From: Gemmatimonadaceae bacterium
GTDB taxonomy: Bacteria > Gemmatimonadota > Gemmatimonadetes > Gemmatimonadales > Gemmatimonadaceae
Direction: 5' to 3'
DNA: 64,000 nt
Assembly (NCBI GenBank): GCA_045803545.1
Contig: JBJMOW010000005.1
Coordinates: 160,001 to 224,000, forward strand
Position 1 is the stretch's first letter; the number at the start of each line of letters is the position of its first letter. The notes under the pieces were generated by a model, which did no database searches, was not told where the DNA came from, and saw only the letters and a list, made by a program, of their open reading frames with translations. The translations under genes and the position numbers were made by a program. Positions 46,217 to 58,877 of the stretch are shown here, piece after piece.

Positions 46217-47385
46217 CGCGTTCCTCCGGGTCGTCTTGGAATAGTGTCGGTGCGCACCGAGTCGCGTCGGCCGGTGTCGGGGCGCGCGGTGTTGGTGTCG
46301 GTCCTCCGAGCAGCCGCTGCACTGTCCGCCCGCCGTGCTGCCGCTCGTCTTTCGGCGGCCCGAGCTGCCGCCGCGCGAGCCGCGTCGGCCTGCGCAGTGG
46401 AATCTGTCGTTGCGCCGAGTGGCGCTGCGCCGTTAGCGCGCGCCGCCGAGTCCAGCACTGCGCGACGGGCTGCCGCCTCGGCAAGGGCAGCGGCCTTTGC
46501 GGCGGAATCACCGGAAACCACGATCCTTTGCGCTGCAGCATCCACCTGCGCGGTGTTCTCCCACACACCATCGACACCTTTCGCTAACCGATCTCGGCGC
46601 AGGATCATCACCTGATAGACATCGGCGGGGTTGACTGCCGGTCGCAGCAGGTACGTGCGCGCCCAGCCTTCACTGGTTTTGATCTCCTGAAGGATCGTGC
46701 CGATCGGAATGCCGCGCGGCCACACACCGCCCCAACCGGAGCTGACGATCATTTGTCCCGGTTTCAGAGTCGCGCGAAAGGGGACGCCGCGCAGCTCGAT
46801 CAGGTAGCCACCGGTGGCGCCTGTGAGATGCGCCTGGGCGATTCCGAATGCGGTACCATCGGGTGACATCGAGCTGACGCGAAAGTCGGGATGGGTCCAC
46901 AGCATCGCGTGACTCATCGTCGGATCTACCTGATCCACGATGCCAACCAATCCTTCAGGGGCTATCACCGGGCTGTAGCGCGAAACTCCCGCGCGCGAGC
47001 CTGCGCTCAGAATGACCGTCGTCTCGTCACGCACGCCCCGACCGTGCAGCGCTTCGGCCGGGATGAATCCCCATTTGAGTCGAGTTCCGATTCCAATCAG
47101 CTTTCTGAGACGATCGTTCTCGCTCTCGAGCGAGCCCGCCTTCATTGCGTTGAGCGACAGGCTATCGAGGTATTGCTGCTTGGCGTCGGCGCTGAGAAGC
47201 GATTGACGGCCGCGCTCAGCACTCTCCTGAAGCATCACCAGCGGTGCGAGGAAACTCCGTCGCATTCCGGTCGCAACCGGCTCGCGCATGGTATCGGGGA
47301 GCGCGCGTGCAGCGAATGAAAGGACAACACAAATTCCGAGTACTATCAGGTCGAACCGGGTGTTGCTGCGGAGCGTGCGCTGCAC
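46213..47385 (-). CDS. mreC: Rod shape-determining protein MreC with an Ala/Arg/Asp-rich C-terminal tail
   Basis: N-terminal TM, ENDRLRKL coiled coil, GLVG.V, SSGWGGVWPRGIPIG. Confidence 0.92.
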   Translation of the reverse strand: MQRTLRSNTRFDLIVLGICVVLSFAARALPDTMREPVATGMRRSFLAPLVMLQESAERGRQSLLSADAKQQYLDSLSLNAMKAGSLESENDRLRKLIGIGTRLKWGFIPAEALHGRGVRDETTVILSAGSRAGVSRYSPVIAPEGLVGIVDQVDPTMSHAMLWTHPDFRVSSMSPDGTAFGIAQAHLTGATGGYLIELRGVPFRATLKPGQMIVSSGWGGVWPRGIPIGTILQEIKTSEGWARTYLLRPAVNPADVYQVMILRRDRLAKGVDGVWENTAQVDAAAQRIVVSGDSAAKAAALAEAAARRAVLDSAARANGAAPLGATTDSTAQADAARAAAARAAERRAAARRADSAAAARRTDTNTARPDTGRRDSVRTDTIPRRPGGTR

Positions 47386-47393
47386 GTCTTACC

Positions 47394-48431
47394 TCAAGTT
47401 GCTAGGACAGACCAGTATTTCGCCTCGTCATCAAGAATACGGCCTGTACCTCGCACAACACAGGTCAGCGGGTCTTCATCGACGTGAATCGGAAGTCCAG
47501 TCTCCTGGGAGAGCAGAACGTCCAGGCCTCGTATGAGAGCACCGCCACCAGTCATCACTATCCCGCGGTCGACGATGTCGGCCGCAAGCTCAGGCGGGGT
47601 GATCTCCAGCGCGCGTCTCACCGCATCGACGATCTGCTGAATCGGCTCCTGCACCGCATCGCGGATCTCCGACGAGTGCACGCGCACCGTCTTGGGAATA
47701 CCAGATACAAGATCCCTGCCTTTGACGTCCATTTCCTTTTCGTCGCCGACCGGAGCGGCAGATCCGATCTGGATCTTCACCTGCTCCGCTGTCGATTCAC
47801 CGACGAGGAGGTTGTAGTTCTTGCGCATGAACTGCACGATCGCCATGTCGAGCTCGTCGCCGCCGGTACGGATCGAGGTGTCGCTGACGATGCCGGAGAG
47901 GGCGATGACTGCGATCTCAGTGGTTCCACCACCAATGTCGATCACCATGTTGCCGGTCGGCGTTTCCACCGGTAGACCGACGCCGATCGCCGCCGCCATC
48001 GGCTCGGCGACCATGAAGACTTCCTTTGCACCCGCCCCAAGCGCGGAGTCGCGCACCGCGCGCTTCTCCACCTCGGTGATCCCTGACGGGACACAGACGA
48101 TGACCCGGGGCTTCACCTTGAAGACGTGGTTCTCGATGATCAGCGCCAGGAAGTAGCGGAGCATTTTTTCGGTGACGTCGAAGTCGGCGATGACGCCGTC
48201 TTTCATCGGCCTTACCGCGATCACACCTTCCGGCGTGCGGCCAAGCATGCGCTTGGCCTCGAGGCCAACGCCTTTGATTTTCTTGGTCTCGCGATCGAGG
48301 GCGACGACCGACGGCTCGTTCAGCACGATCCCTTCGCCCTTGACGTAGATCAATGTATTGGCGGTGCCGAGGTCAACGGCAATCGCGTTAGCCGGGAAGA
48401 GTGCGCCCGGTTTGAAGAATGGCCAGCGCAT
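47394..48431 (-). CDS. mreB: Actin-like rod shape protein MreB
   Basis: [35 protein letters not shown]. Confidence 0.98.
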   Translation of the reverse strand: MRWPFFKPGALFPANAIAVDLGTANTLIYVKGEGIVLNEPSVVALDRETKKIKGVGLEAKRMLGRTPEGVIAVRPMKDGVIADFDVTEKMLRYFLALIIENHVFKVKPRVIVCVPSGITEVEKRAVRDSALGAGAKEVFMVAEPMAAAIGVGLPVETPTGNMVIDIGGGTTEIAVIALSGIVSDTSIRTGGDELDMAIVQFMRKNYNLLVGESTAEQVKIQIGSAAPVGDEKEMDVKGRDLVSGIPKTVRVHSSEIRDAVQEPIQQIVDAVRRALEITPPELAADIVDRGIVMTGGGALIRGLDVLLSQETGLPIHVDEDPLTCVVRGTGRILDDEAKYWSVLAT

Positions 48432-49546
48432 TAGTTCAAATATGAATCGGGTGGAGTATACGGCAAGGCAAACGCCTCGGCGACAGCGGGATATGTCACT
48501 TTACCGTCTACGATGTTGAGTCCCTTTCGTAACGCAGCAACGTCTTTGAGCGCCTGCTTCCATCCCTTGTTGGCGAGCTGCATCGCGTAAGGGAAAGTCG
48601 CGTTCGTAAGCGCGAGTGTCGAAGTTCTCGGAACACCGCCCGGCATGTTCGCGACCCCGTAATGGATGATGCCATCCACTACGTAAGTGGGGTTCTCGTG
48701 GGTGGTGGCGTGAATCGTCTCAACGCAGCCGCCCTGATCGATGGCCACGTCCACGATCACTGCCCCCGGTTGCATGGTCTTGAGGTCGCCACGTCGAATG
48801 AGTTTCGGTGCGATCGCACCTGGAATGAGCACCGCGCCAACAACGAGATCCGCGGTTGAGATCTGCTCCAGGATGTTATGACGATTGGAGTAGATGAGTG
48901 TGACGTTTGCCGGCATGACGTCGGAGAGGTAGCGCAGTCGCTCAAGGCTGAGGTCGAGAACCGTCACCTTGGCTCCGAGACCCGCCGCCATCTTGGCCGC
49001 GTTGATGCCGACGATGCCGCCGCCGAGCACCACAACCTTGCCCGGCGCGACGCCCGGGACTCCGCCCAGGAGAACCCCACGACCGCCGTGGATCTTCTCG
49101 AGGTACTTGGCACCCTCCTGCACCGCCATCCGGCCAGCTACCTCCGACATTGGCGTGAGCAGCGGCAACTCCCTCGAGGGCAATTCGACGGTTTCGTAGG
49201 CAATGCAGGTCGCACCACTCTTGATGTGAGCGAGGGTAAGCTCTTTGTCGGCGGCGAAGTGGAAGTAGGTGAAGACCACCTGGCCTTTGCGCATGCGCGG
49301 CCACTCCGGCTTGATCGGCTCCTTCACCTTCATAATCATGTCGGCTTCGCGCCAGACTGTGTCAGCATCGGCACCGATCGCCGCACCGACGGCGGTATAG
49401 GCGGAATCGGGGAACCCGCTGCCCTCGCCGGCTCCCTTTTCGATCATGACAGAGTGCCCGGCGGCGACGAACGCTTCCGCACCCGCCGGCACGAGCGCAA
49501 TGCGATTCTCGTTCGTTTTGATTTCTTTGGGAACGCCGATCTTCAT
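48431..49546 (-). CDS. ald: Alanine dehydrogenase
   Basis: GVPKEIK..ENR, KVKEP, FTYFH, MSEVAGR, VANMPG. Confidence 0.97.
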   Translation of the reverse strand: MKIGVPKEIKTNENRIALVPAGAEAFVAAGHSVMIEKGAGEGSGFPDSAYTAVGAAIGADADTVWREADMIMKVKEPIKPEWPRMRKGQVVFTYFHFAADKELTLAHIKSGATCIAYETVELPSRELPLLTPMSEVAGRMAVQEGAKYLEKIHGGRGVLLGGVPGVAPGKVVVLGGGIVGINAAKMAAGLGAKVTVLDLSLERLRYLSDVMPANVTLIYSNRHNILEQISTADLVVGAVLIPGAIAPKLIRRGDLKTMQPGAVIVDVAIDQGGCVETIHATTHENPTYVVDGIIHYGVANMPGGVPRTSTLALTNATFPYAMQLANKGWKQALKDVAALRKGLNIVDGKVTYPAVAEAFALPYTPPDSYLN

Positions 49547-49597
49547 GTAGTTCTCAGGCTCGTTCTATTGAGATTGAAGCCGGCGCGACATGTTGCG

Positions 49598-50862
49598 TTA
49601 CGCTGCAGCCAAAGGTCCGAGACTGACGAGCGTTTGCCGCGCAGGTGCGTAATAGGTTTTGCAGATTGCGGCGCACGTCTCCGCATCTATCGCGTCGATA
49701 AGCGCCAACAGTTCGTCGAGCGTCCGATATGGCTCGCCGTATAGCTCGACCCCGGCTGCGCGATACATCCGCGAGGTGGGGCTTTCCAGAGACAGTGTAA
49801 TCTGTCCTTTCAGCTGGCTTTTTCCAGCGGTCAGGTCTTCTTCGCTGAGTCCGGTCGCAGCCAGCTTCTCCATCTCGTCGTTGATCGCGTCGACAGCAGC
49901 GCGCGCCGTCTCCGGAGCCGTTCCGACGTAGACCCCATGCATGCCGGTGTCTTCGTGGAACGACTGAAACGAGTACACAGCATACGCAAGCCCGAGCTCT
50001 TCGCGAATGCGCTGGAACAACCGCGAGCTCATGCCACCGCCGAACAGAAGTCCGACCATGCTCATCGCATAGCGTCGTGGATCGCTGTGAGGGAACGCCT
50101 CGCTGCCAATCACGATGTGAGTCTGGGCGGTATCGCGCTCGAAATGCACGGCGCGGGGTACCTGCACGATTGGAGCCGGAGAGGACAGCGGCGGCAGCCG
50201 ACCGGGAGCGACGTCGGCCCAGCCCGTCGCCTCGAGCGTCTCGACCAACGCGTCGTGCTCGACGTTACCTGCGGCAGCGACGACGATCTGCTCCGGATGA
50301 TAGGCGCGCTGGTGGAGCGCACGCAGATCGTCAGCATTCAGCGCGCCCACTGTTTCACGCGTGCCCAGAATCGAGAATCCGTAAGGATGCTTGCCCCAGA
50401 GCTGCGCGTTGTGCAGCTCGAAAACGAGATCGTCCGGTGTATCGTCGACAGTGTTGATCTCCTCCAGCACGACCTTTCGCTCGAGCGAAAGGTCGGACGA
50501 CCGGAGCAGCGGACGAAAAACGAGATCGGCGATTACATCGGCTGCTTGCGGCAGATGCTCATCGAGCACTTTGGCCTGATACGCGGTGTGCTCACGGGCG
50601 GTGTAAGCATCGAGCGAGCCGCCGAGAATCTCGAGCGCGAGCGCCAGCTCCTTTGCGCTGCGTCGGGGAGTGCCCTTGAACACCATGTGCTCGAGCATGT
50701 GCGAGACGCCCATCTTCTCCGGCGCCTCGTGCAGAGATGCAGCCCGCACCCATGCCCCGAATGCGACCGACCGTACTCCCGGCATGTGTTCCGAGAGTAC
50801 GGTCAGCCCGTTCGGCAAAACGGTGCGGCGCAGGTCAGAGCCTGCGGCCTGCGCGGCGAGGG

Positions 50863-50866
<4 letters not shown>
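49598..50866 (-). CDS. M16 family zinc peptidase
   Basis: HMLEHMVFKGT (HxxEH), GGGMSSRLFQRIREELGLAY; follows pnp. Confidence 0.94.
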
Positions 50867-53166
<2,300 letters not shown>

Positions 53167-53189
53167 GTTTGTTTTTTTTGTCTTTGTTA

Positions 53190-53220
53190 ACACAAACCGC
53201 GCGGACGTATGCCGCGCGGT
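53190..53220 (-). terminator. Hairpin / probable terminator between rpsO and pnp
   Basis: ACCGCGCGG-N7-CCGCGCGGT followed by TTGTGTT on the minus strand. Confidence 0.65.
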
Positions 53221-53237
53221 CAGATCAAAGAGCCAGA

Positions 53238-53498
53238 TTAGTAGCGCAGTCCAAGATCGGCGATGATCTTTCGATAACCTTCGACGTTCGTCTTCCTCAG
53301 ATAGTCGAGGAGGCGGCGTCGCTTACCGACCATCTTGAGCAGCCCGCGACGGCTGTGGTGGTCCTTCGCGTGGGTGCGGAAGTGGTCGGTGAGGTAGTTG
53401 ATACGCTCGGTGAGAAGGGCGACCTGAACGTCGGTCGATCCGCTATCAGTCTTGTGTTTGCGGTACTTCTCTACGGTCGGAGTTTTCTCGAATGCCAT
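53238..53498 (-). CDS. rpsO: 30S ribosomal protein S15
   Basis: [32 protein letters not shown]. Confidence 0.98.
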   Translation of the reverse strand: MAFEKTPTVEKYRKHKTDSGSTDVQVALLTERINYLTDHFRTHAKDHHSRRGLLKMVGKRRRLLDYLRKTNVEGYRKIIADLGLRY

Positions 53499-53562
53499 TT
53501 GGATGCTCTGGCGCCGGACCCTTTTCCGGCGGGACCTGGTTCTTAAATCGCTGTAGCCCCAT

Positions 53563-53591
53563 AACTTAGCGGCATACCGTGCCTATGTAAA
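53563..53591 (-). promoter_or_regulatory. Predicted rpsO promoter (TTTACA-N17-TAAGTT)
   Basis: Hexamers at 53591-53586 and 53568-53563. Confidence 0.65.
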
Positions 53592-53608
53592 GGTGCCGCG
53601 GTTGCTCA

Positions 53609-53870
53609 TAGCTGCGGGATGAGAGCCAACGAATGGGTCCGAACTGCGAGCTAGTTCCGAACTGCGAGCTAGCTGCGAGATGCGGGCTAACTGCGGGATG
53701 CGGGCTAACTGCGGGATGAGAGCATTGCGAGCAAGTCGGAAGGGCGGCTAGCTCTCAACCCGCAGCTAGCCCGCATCTCGCGGCCAGATCGCAGCTCGCA
53801 ACGATCTGTTGGCTCTTATCCCGCAGCCGTTGGCTCTTATCCCGCAGCCGTTGGCTCTCCCGCAGCTCTA
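53609..53870. repeat. Palindromic repeat element, copy 2 (same family as 42441-42720)
   Basis: Starts TAGCTGCGGGATGAGAGCCAAC, has 18-bp subrepeats, ends (GTTGGCTCTTATCCCGCAGCC)x2 GTTGGCTCTCCCGCAGCTCTA. Confidence 0.9.
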
Positions 53871-53901
53871 AGAGTTCCGAAACCCAGTCTCGCGCGTCTA
53901 G

Positions 53902-54402
53902 ATGGCGTCCTCACTGGAGAATGAAGTGTTTTTGAAAGCCGCCGCCTTTGTCACCCTGCTGGTGCTTGGGCCCGCGAAGCCCGCGACAATTTTGCTCGAT
54001 GGTAGCGCGCAACCGTGCGCGGATGTGAAAGAGTCGACATCGGGGATACCCGGGGTGCACGTCTACGCCTTCAATGCCGCGAAGATTCCGACGATTCGTC
54101 AGTCGCTCGCCGCGCTCGACAGTCTCGACTGGGAAAGCGGAGACCCGGATGCGATGCGCGCCTCCGTGATCGAGTACAACCGACTGATTTCTCGCGTGCA
54201 AAAGGCCAAGAAGATTGGGTACGCGATGAGCAACGGGAACGGCGACTTCGAGATCACCGTACAGCAGATGGATTCGGTGCTCGTCTTCGGGGAAGCGAAG
54301 ATGCCCGGTGAGCCCTTCTACTACTCGAGTCGAGTTGTGCCGGCCGTGGATAAGGACGAGGTGCGCGTCGTTCTCCTCATGTGTAACCAACAACTGCTTT
54401 AA
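53902..54402 (+). CDS. Hypothetical secreted protein (GTG at 53926 is an alternative start)
   Basis: Signal-peptide-like KAAAFVTLLVLG; beta-rich SNGNGDFEI segment; GC3-biased codons. Confidence 0.65.
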   Translation: MASSLENEVFLKAAAFVTLLVLGPAKPATILLDGSAQPCADVKESTSGIPGVHVYAFNAAKIPTIRQSLAALDSLDWESGDPDAMRASVIEYNRLISRVQKAKKIGYAMSNGNGDFEITVQQMDSVLVFGEAKMPGEPFYYSSRVVPAVDKDEVRVVLLMCNQQLL

Positions 54403-54456
54403 GGCTCGAGAGAACTGCGTACCGGCCGCTGTCGACTTTCGGCTGGCGGCCTGCAG

Positions 54457-55095
54457 CTATTGCGGAGTCCAGTGTACCTGGGACGTGAACAAACCGTCCC
54501 GAAAGCCGATCTTGTGGCCGAGGTAGAGGCCGAAGACCAGGCTGACCGCTCCGGACGCGATGCGAAGCGAACGCTGAAAGCTTGGCAGGTGCGCCGCGGC
54601 GAGGAGTGAGGGGAACGCGATCGTCAGCGTGATCAGAGCCATCCCGACAATCGTGCCGAGGCCGAAAGTAAGCAAATAGATCGCGGCCCACCGTGGATCA
54701 TCGATCAGCGGGACGATCAATAGCGCCGCGCCGGCGGAGCCAGCAAGGCCGTGCACGACCCCGATTAGAAATGGTCGCGTTGCGCTGTTGACGGAGGGTT
54801 GGGCGCGCACGTTGAACAGGTTCAACAATCCGAGCACGACCAGCATGATCGCGACACAGAACTCGAGTGACAGGCCGAGGCGCGCATTGAGCGCGATCTT
54901 GAATAGGATGATCGCGCCGCCAACAACCAGCAACGTGATGCTGTGGCCGATTCCCCACACTGCTCCGATCCCGGCTGCTTTTCCCACCGATCGCTCACGG
55001 GTAACGATCGTGGTGACCGCGACTATGTGATCGGGATCGGTTGCGTGGCGCATGCCGAGCAACAGGCTCGCAATGAAGGTGAAAAGAAGGCTCAT
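54457..55095 (-). CDS. UreH/NiCoT-like nickel/cobalt permease
   Basis: RHATDPDH, WGIGHS and GVVHGLAGS motifs in a multi-TM protein. Confidence 0.85.
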   Translation of the reverse strand: MSLLFTFIASLLLGMRHATDPDHIVAVTTIVTRERSVGKAAGIGAVWGIGHSITLLVVGGAIILFKIALNARLGLSLEFCVAIMLVVLGLLNLFNVRAQPSVNSATRPFLIGVVHGLAGSAGAALLIVPLIDDPRWAAIYLLTFGLGTIVGMALITLTIAFPSLLAAAHLPSFQRSLRIASGAVSLVFGLYLGHKIGFRDGLFTSQVHWTPQ

Positions 55096-56294
55096 TGTTG
55101 CTCGCGCCTCGCAACCGCGTCGATCTCACCGTCGCGCAGCAGTAGCTGGAACTCGATTCCGTCGGTGAACTCGCGCGCAGAAGTGAGGGGGCGGCCCTCG
55201 TTGTCTTTCGCCAGCGCGTACCCGCGGCCGAGCACTGCGAGCGGACTCAGCGCATTCAATCGTGAGGCGAAAGCGCTTAGCTCTGCTCTCTTCCGTTGAA
55301 CCGAATGAAGCGCAAGACGTGTCAACAGCGCCGGCATTCTGCGCAATTCGGTGCGCTCGCGCCGAACCCGGCTGTTCAACGCAGCGGCCGTTGCACGTCG
55401 CGCAAGCGTCAGCGCATGGCGGACATCGTCGCGTGATGCGCAGGCGGCCGACGCAGCCGCTGTCGGGGTCGGAGCACGCAGATCGGCAACCGCGTCACAG
55501 ATCGTCATGTCGACTTCGTGACCGACCGCCGATATCACAGGAATTGGCGAGCCAGCCACCGCGCGCGCGACACGTTCATCGTTGAACGCCCACAGGTCGT
55601 CCTTGCTTCCGCCGCCGCGTCCGACGATCAGGACATCGGCTTTCGCCCAGCGCCCGATTCTCCTGATCGCCGCGGCGATCTCACTCGCGGCTGTATCGCC
55701 CTGCACCTGGGCCGGACAGACCACAACGCGCGCGCCAATGTTTCGCTTGCGCAGCACGGCCACGATGTCGCGCAGCGCTGCGCCGTCCGCACTCGTGACC
55801 ACCGCCACGCAGCGCGGATAATGCGGCAGCGGCCGTTTCCGACCGGGCTCGAGCAAACCTTCCTTTCGTAACTTGGCGAGCGTGATCTCCATCGCCTTCC
55901 GCCAGAGACCATCGCCTTCGGCGTCGATACGCGAGACCTTGAGCTGCAAATCGCCGCGCGCAGCGTAGACCGTGAGCTGACCGAGCACGACAACCTGCAT
56001 TCCCTCGTCCGGCGCGGCGGGGATGCGATACTGGTCGCCGAGCCAGACCACGCAGCGAAGCTGCGACGCGCCGTCGCGCAGGCAGAAATACCAGTGGCCG
56101 TTGCGGTGCTTCTTGAAGTCGCTGACTTCGCCGCGTACCCACACTCTGCGGAAGCGAGCTTCGACGACGTCTTTGGCATCCATCGCCAGGTCGGCGACGG
56201 AGATTGGATGGGACGCGGATCCGATCGTCGTAACTTCGCTGCGCTCACGACGCGGAGGTGTCGGCTCGAACAAATCGAAGGGGAGCTGCTTCAT
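55092..56294 (-). CDS. xseA: Exodeoxyribonuclease VII large subunit
   Basis: VWVRGEVS, GHWYF.L.D, GRGGGS..DLWAFNDE, SAVGHEVD, APTPTAAA, VLGRGY. Confidence 0.96.
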   Translation of the reverse strand: MKQLPFDLFEPTPPRRERSEVTTIGSASHPISVADLAMDAKDVVEARFRRVWVRGEVSDFKKHRNGHWYFCLRDGASQLRCVVWLGDQYRIPAAPDEGMQVVVLGQLTVYAARGDLQLKVSRIDAEGDGLWRKAMEITLAKLRKEGLLEPGRKRPLPHYPRCVAVVTSADGAALRDIVAVLRKRNIGARVVVCPAQVQGDTAASEIAAAIRRIGRWAKADVLIVGRGGGSKDDLWAFNDERVARAVAGSPIPVISAVGHEVDMTICDAVADLRAPTPTAAASAACASRDDVRHALTLARRATAAALNSRVRRERTELRRMPALLTRLALHSVQRKRAELSAFASRLNALSPLAVLGRGYALAKDNEGRPLTSAREFTDGIEFQLLLRDGEIDAVARREQQ

Positions 56295-57175
56295 CGCGCC
56301 GCCATCTCCGCCGCGCGCACAGTATTCAACATCAGCATGGCGATAGTCATCGGGCCAACTCCGCCAGGGACCGGCGTGATCTTGGACGCGACTTCCCGCA
56401 CGGCCTCAAAATCGACGTCGCCTCTCAAGCGCGTCCCCGACTTCGTGGAAGCGTCGGCGACACGATTGGTGCCGACATCGATCACCACTGCGCCGGCCTT
56501 CACCATATCGCGGGTGATCATCCCTGCCCTCCCGGCCGCAACGATCAAAATATCCGCCTCGCGCGTGCGCGCGCCGAGATCCTCGGTGTGTCGATGACAA
56601 ACCGTCACCGTGCAGTTTGCATTTTCGTTGTCCTGCATCATGAGCGCAGCCATCGGCTTGCCAACGATGTTGCTGCGACCGACAATCACGCAATTCCTGC
56701 CCGCGGTCTTCACACCGGATTCGCGGAGCAGCACCTGGACTCCGGCCGGAGTGCAAGGAATGAATCCGTCCTTCTCCCCGATCAGCATCTTTCCGACGTT
56801 CACCGGATGAAATCCATCCACGTCCTTGTACGGGTCGATGCGGCGAACCACAGCATCCGGATCAATGTGCCTGGGCAAAGGCATCTGCACGAGAATGCCG
56901 TGGATCTTGGGATCCGCATTCAGTTGATCTACGCGCCGCAGCAGCTCGTCCTGCGAGATCTCGACCGGCAATCGCAGGTTCTGGCTGTGCATCCCGGCCT
57001 CGTCGGCCGCCTTCGATTTGGAGCTGGTGTAGACGACGCTGGCCGGGTCTTCTCCGACCAGCACGACCGCGAGTCCCGGTTTTACTCCACGCTGGGCGAG
57101 TTTCCTTGCGCGCGCCGCCGCTTCTGCGCGAACCTTCCGGCCGATTGCGCGTCCATCGATCAACTCAGCGGGCAA
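56291..57175 (-). CDS. folD: Methylenetetrahydrofolate dehydrogenase/cyclohydrolase
   Basis: KDVDGFHP, PCTP.G, GRSNIVGKP, TPVPGGVGPMT. Confidence 0.97.
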   Translation of the reverse strand: MPAELIDGRAIGRKVRAEAAARARKLAQRGVKPGLAVVLVGEDPASVVYTSSKSKAADEAGMHSQNLRLPVEISQDELLRRVDQLNADPKIHGILVQMPLPRHIDPDAVVRRIDPYKDVDGFHPVNVGKMLIGEKDGFIPCTPAGVQVLLRESGVKTAGRNCVIVGRSNIVGKPMAALMMQDNENANCTVTVCHRHTEDLGARTREADILIVAAGRAGMITRDMVKAGAVVIDVGTNRVADASTKSGTRLRGDVDFEAVREVASKITPVPGGVGPMTIAMLMLNTVRAAEMAAR

Positions 57176-58754
57176 AGTCCACTGCTCGCGTCTCCCTGAT
57201 CAACACCACCTTGATCTGTCCAGGATACTGCAGCTCGGCCTCGATCCGTCGCGCAATCTCCTCGGTCAGAGATGTCATGCGCGGATCGTCGATCTCCTCC
57301 GGCGTGACGATGACGCGGATCTCGCGACCCGCCTGAATGGCGAAGACCTTCTCGATGCCGCGGTAGCTCGAGGCGATTTTCTCGAGACCCTCGAGTCGCT
57401 TCACATAGGTCTCGAACGCTTCACGCCGTGCGCCTGGACGCGCGCCGGAAATCGCGTCAGCTGCCTGCACCAGCACCGAGATCTCACTCTCGTGCGGCAC
57501 ATCGTCGTGGTGCGCCGCGATGCAATTCACCACAAACGGATTCTCACCGTAACGCGTGGCGACTTCGACGCCGAGCTGAACGTGAGTGCCTTCGTGCTCG
57601 TGGGTGAGAACTTTTCCGATGTCGTGCAGCAGCGCGCCGCGACGCGCAAGGTTGACGTCGAGCGCGAGCTCGGCGGCCATAATGCCCGCAAGCCACGCCA
57701 CTTCCTTGGAGTGGTTGAGAATGTTCTGGCCGTAGCTGGTGCGCCAACGCATGCGGCCAATCAGCTTGATCAGCTCGGGGTGAAGACCATGGACGCCACT
57801 CTCGTAGGCTGCCTGCTCCCCGGTCTCGACGATCGACGTATCGACTTCCTGACGCGACTTGTTGACGACTTCCTCGATCCGGCCAGGATGAATGCGACCG
57901 TCTGCAACGAGCTTCTCGAGCGACAGACGGGCGATCTCGCGGCGCACTGGATCGAAGCAGGAGACGACGACGGTGTCGGGCGTATCGTCGATGATGACAT
58001 CGACTCCGGTCGCTAGCTCGAACGCGCGAATGTTGCGGCCTTCGCGGCCGATGATCCTGCCCTTCATCTCATCATTCGGCAGCGACACCGCGGACACCGT
58101 CGCTTCGACGCTCTGTTCAGCCGCAATTCGTTGGATCGCCAGAGCTATGATCTTCTTTGCCTCTCGATCAGCGTTGCGCTTGGCGGTCTCGCGGATCTCG
58201 CGGATTTTGTTCGCCGCATCGGCCTGAGCTTCTTCTTCCATGCGATGGATCAGCTCGTTCTTGGCATCGCCCGCTGTGATGCCGGCGATCTGTTCGAGCC
58301 GGCGCCGCTCTTCTCCGAGCAGCTTTTCGAGCTCCTGCTGACGCTGCGCGACGGTCTGTTCGTGGGCGGCAACCGCTTCGGTGCGCCTGCTAGTGTCGCG
58401 CTCGCGCTGTTCGAGGAGGTCGTATTTGCGATTCAGCTGGCCTTCGCGATCGTCGACGCGGCGTTCTTCACGCTCGACTTCCTCGCGGCGCCCGCGAACT
58501 TCCGACTCCCATTCCTCGCGGAGCTTGATGAGCTCTTCCTTGCCGCTGAGGACGGCGGCCTTGCGCAGACTCTCAGCTTCGCGCTCGGCTTCACCCACGA
58601 TGCGCCTGGACGTCTCTTCAGCAGTTGCTTTTGCCAGTTGCTGGCGACGGAGCTCCCCACGTCGGCCAATCCTGCTTCCAATAAAGAAAAAAACCGCACC
58701 GGCAACGATGAACAGAAGTGTGCCAGCTGCGGCGAACCAGGCAGTAGTCGTCAT
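57165..58754 (-). CDS. rny: Ribonuclease Y
   Basis: N-terminal TM, coiled coil, KH domain (MKGRIIGREGRNIR), HD domain (LLHDIGK), ARPGARRE. Confidence 0.97.
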   Translation of the reverse strand: MTTTAWFAAAGTLLFIVAGAVFFFIGSRIGRRGELRRQQLAKATAEETSRRIVGEAEREAESLRKAAVLSGKEELIKLREEWESEVRGRREEVEREERRVDDREGQLNRKYDLLEQRERDTSRRTEAVAAHEQTVAQRQQELEKLLGEERRRLEQIAGITAGDAKNELIHRMEEEAQADAANKIREIRETAKRNADREAKKIIALAIQRIAAEQSVEATVSAVSLPNDEMKGRIIGREGRNIRAFELATGVDVIIDDTPDTVVVSCFDPVRREIARLSLEKLVADGRIHPGRIEEVVNKSRQEVDTSIVETGEQAAYESGVHGLHPELIKLIGRMRWRTSYGQNILNHSKEVAWLAGIMAAELALDVNLARRGALLHDIGKVLTHEHEGTHVQLGVEVATRYGENPFVVNCIAAHHDDVPHESEISVLVQAADAISGARPGARREAFETYVKRLEGLEKIASSYRGIEKVFAIQAGREIRVIVTPEEIDDPRMTSLTEEIARRIEAELQYPGQIKVVLIRETRAVDFAR

Positions 58755-58877
58755 AGTCCAGATCTATGTTGGGCCCGCGGTCAAGCCACAGGCGGCCCCT
58801 ATCGCGCCGGAAAGTCGTCGCGTAGTTGGACTCTAAGCTAATGCTGGTTAGGAGGTTAGGCTATAAGGATCTCGGCG

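Noticed and set aside
58755..58877. 6S RNA between zapA and rny
   Set aside because: The gap is shorter than a typical 6S RNA and I could not see the long rod with a central bubble.
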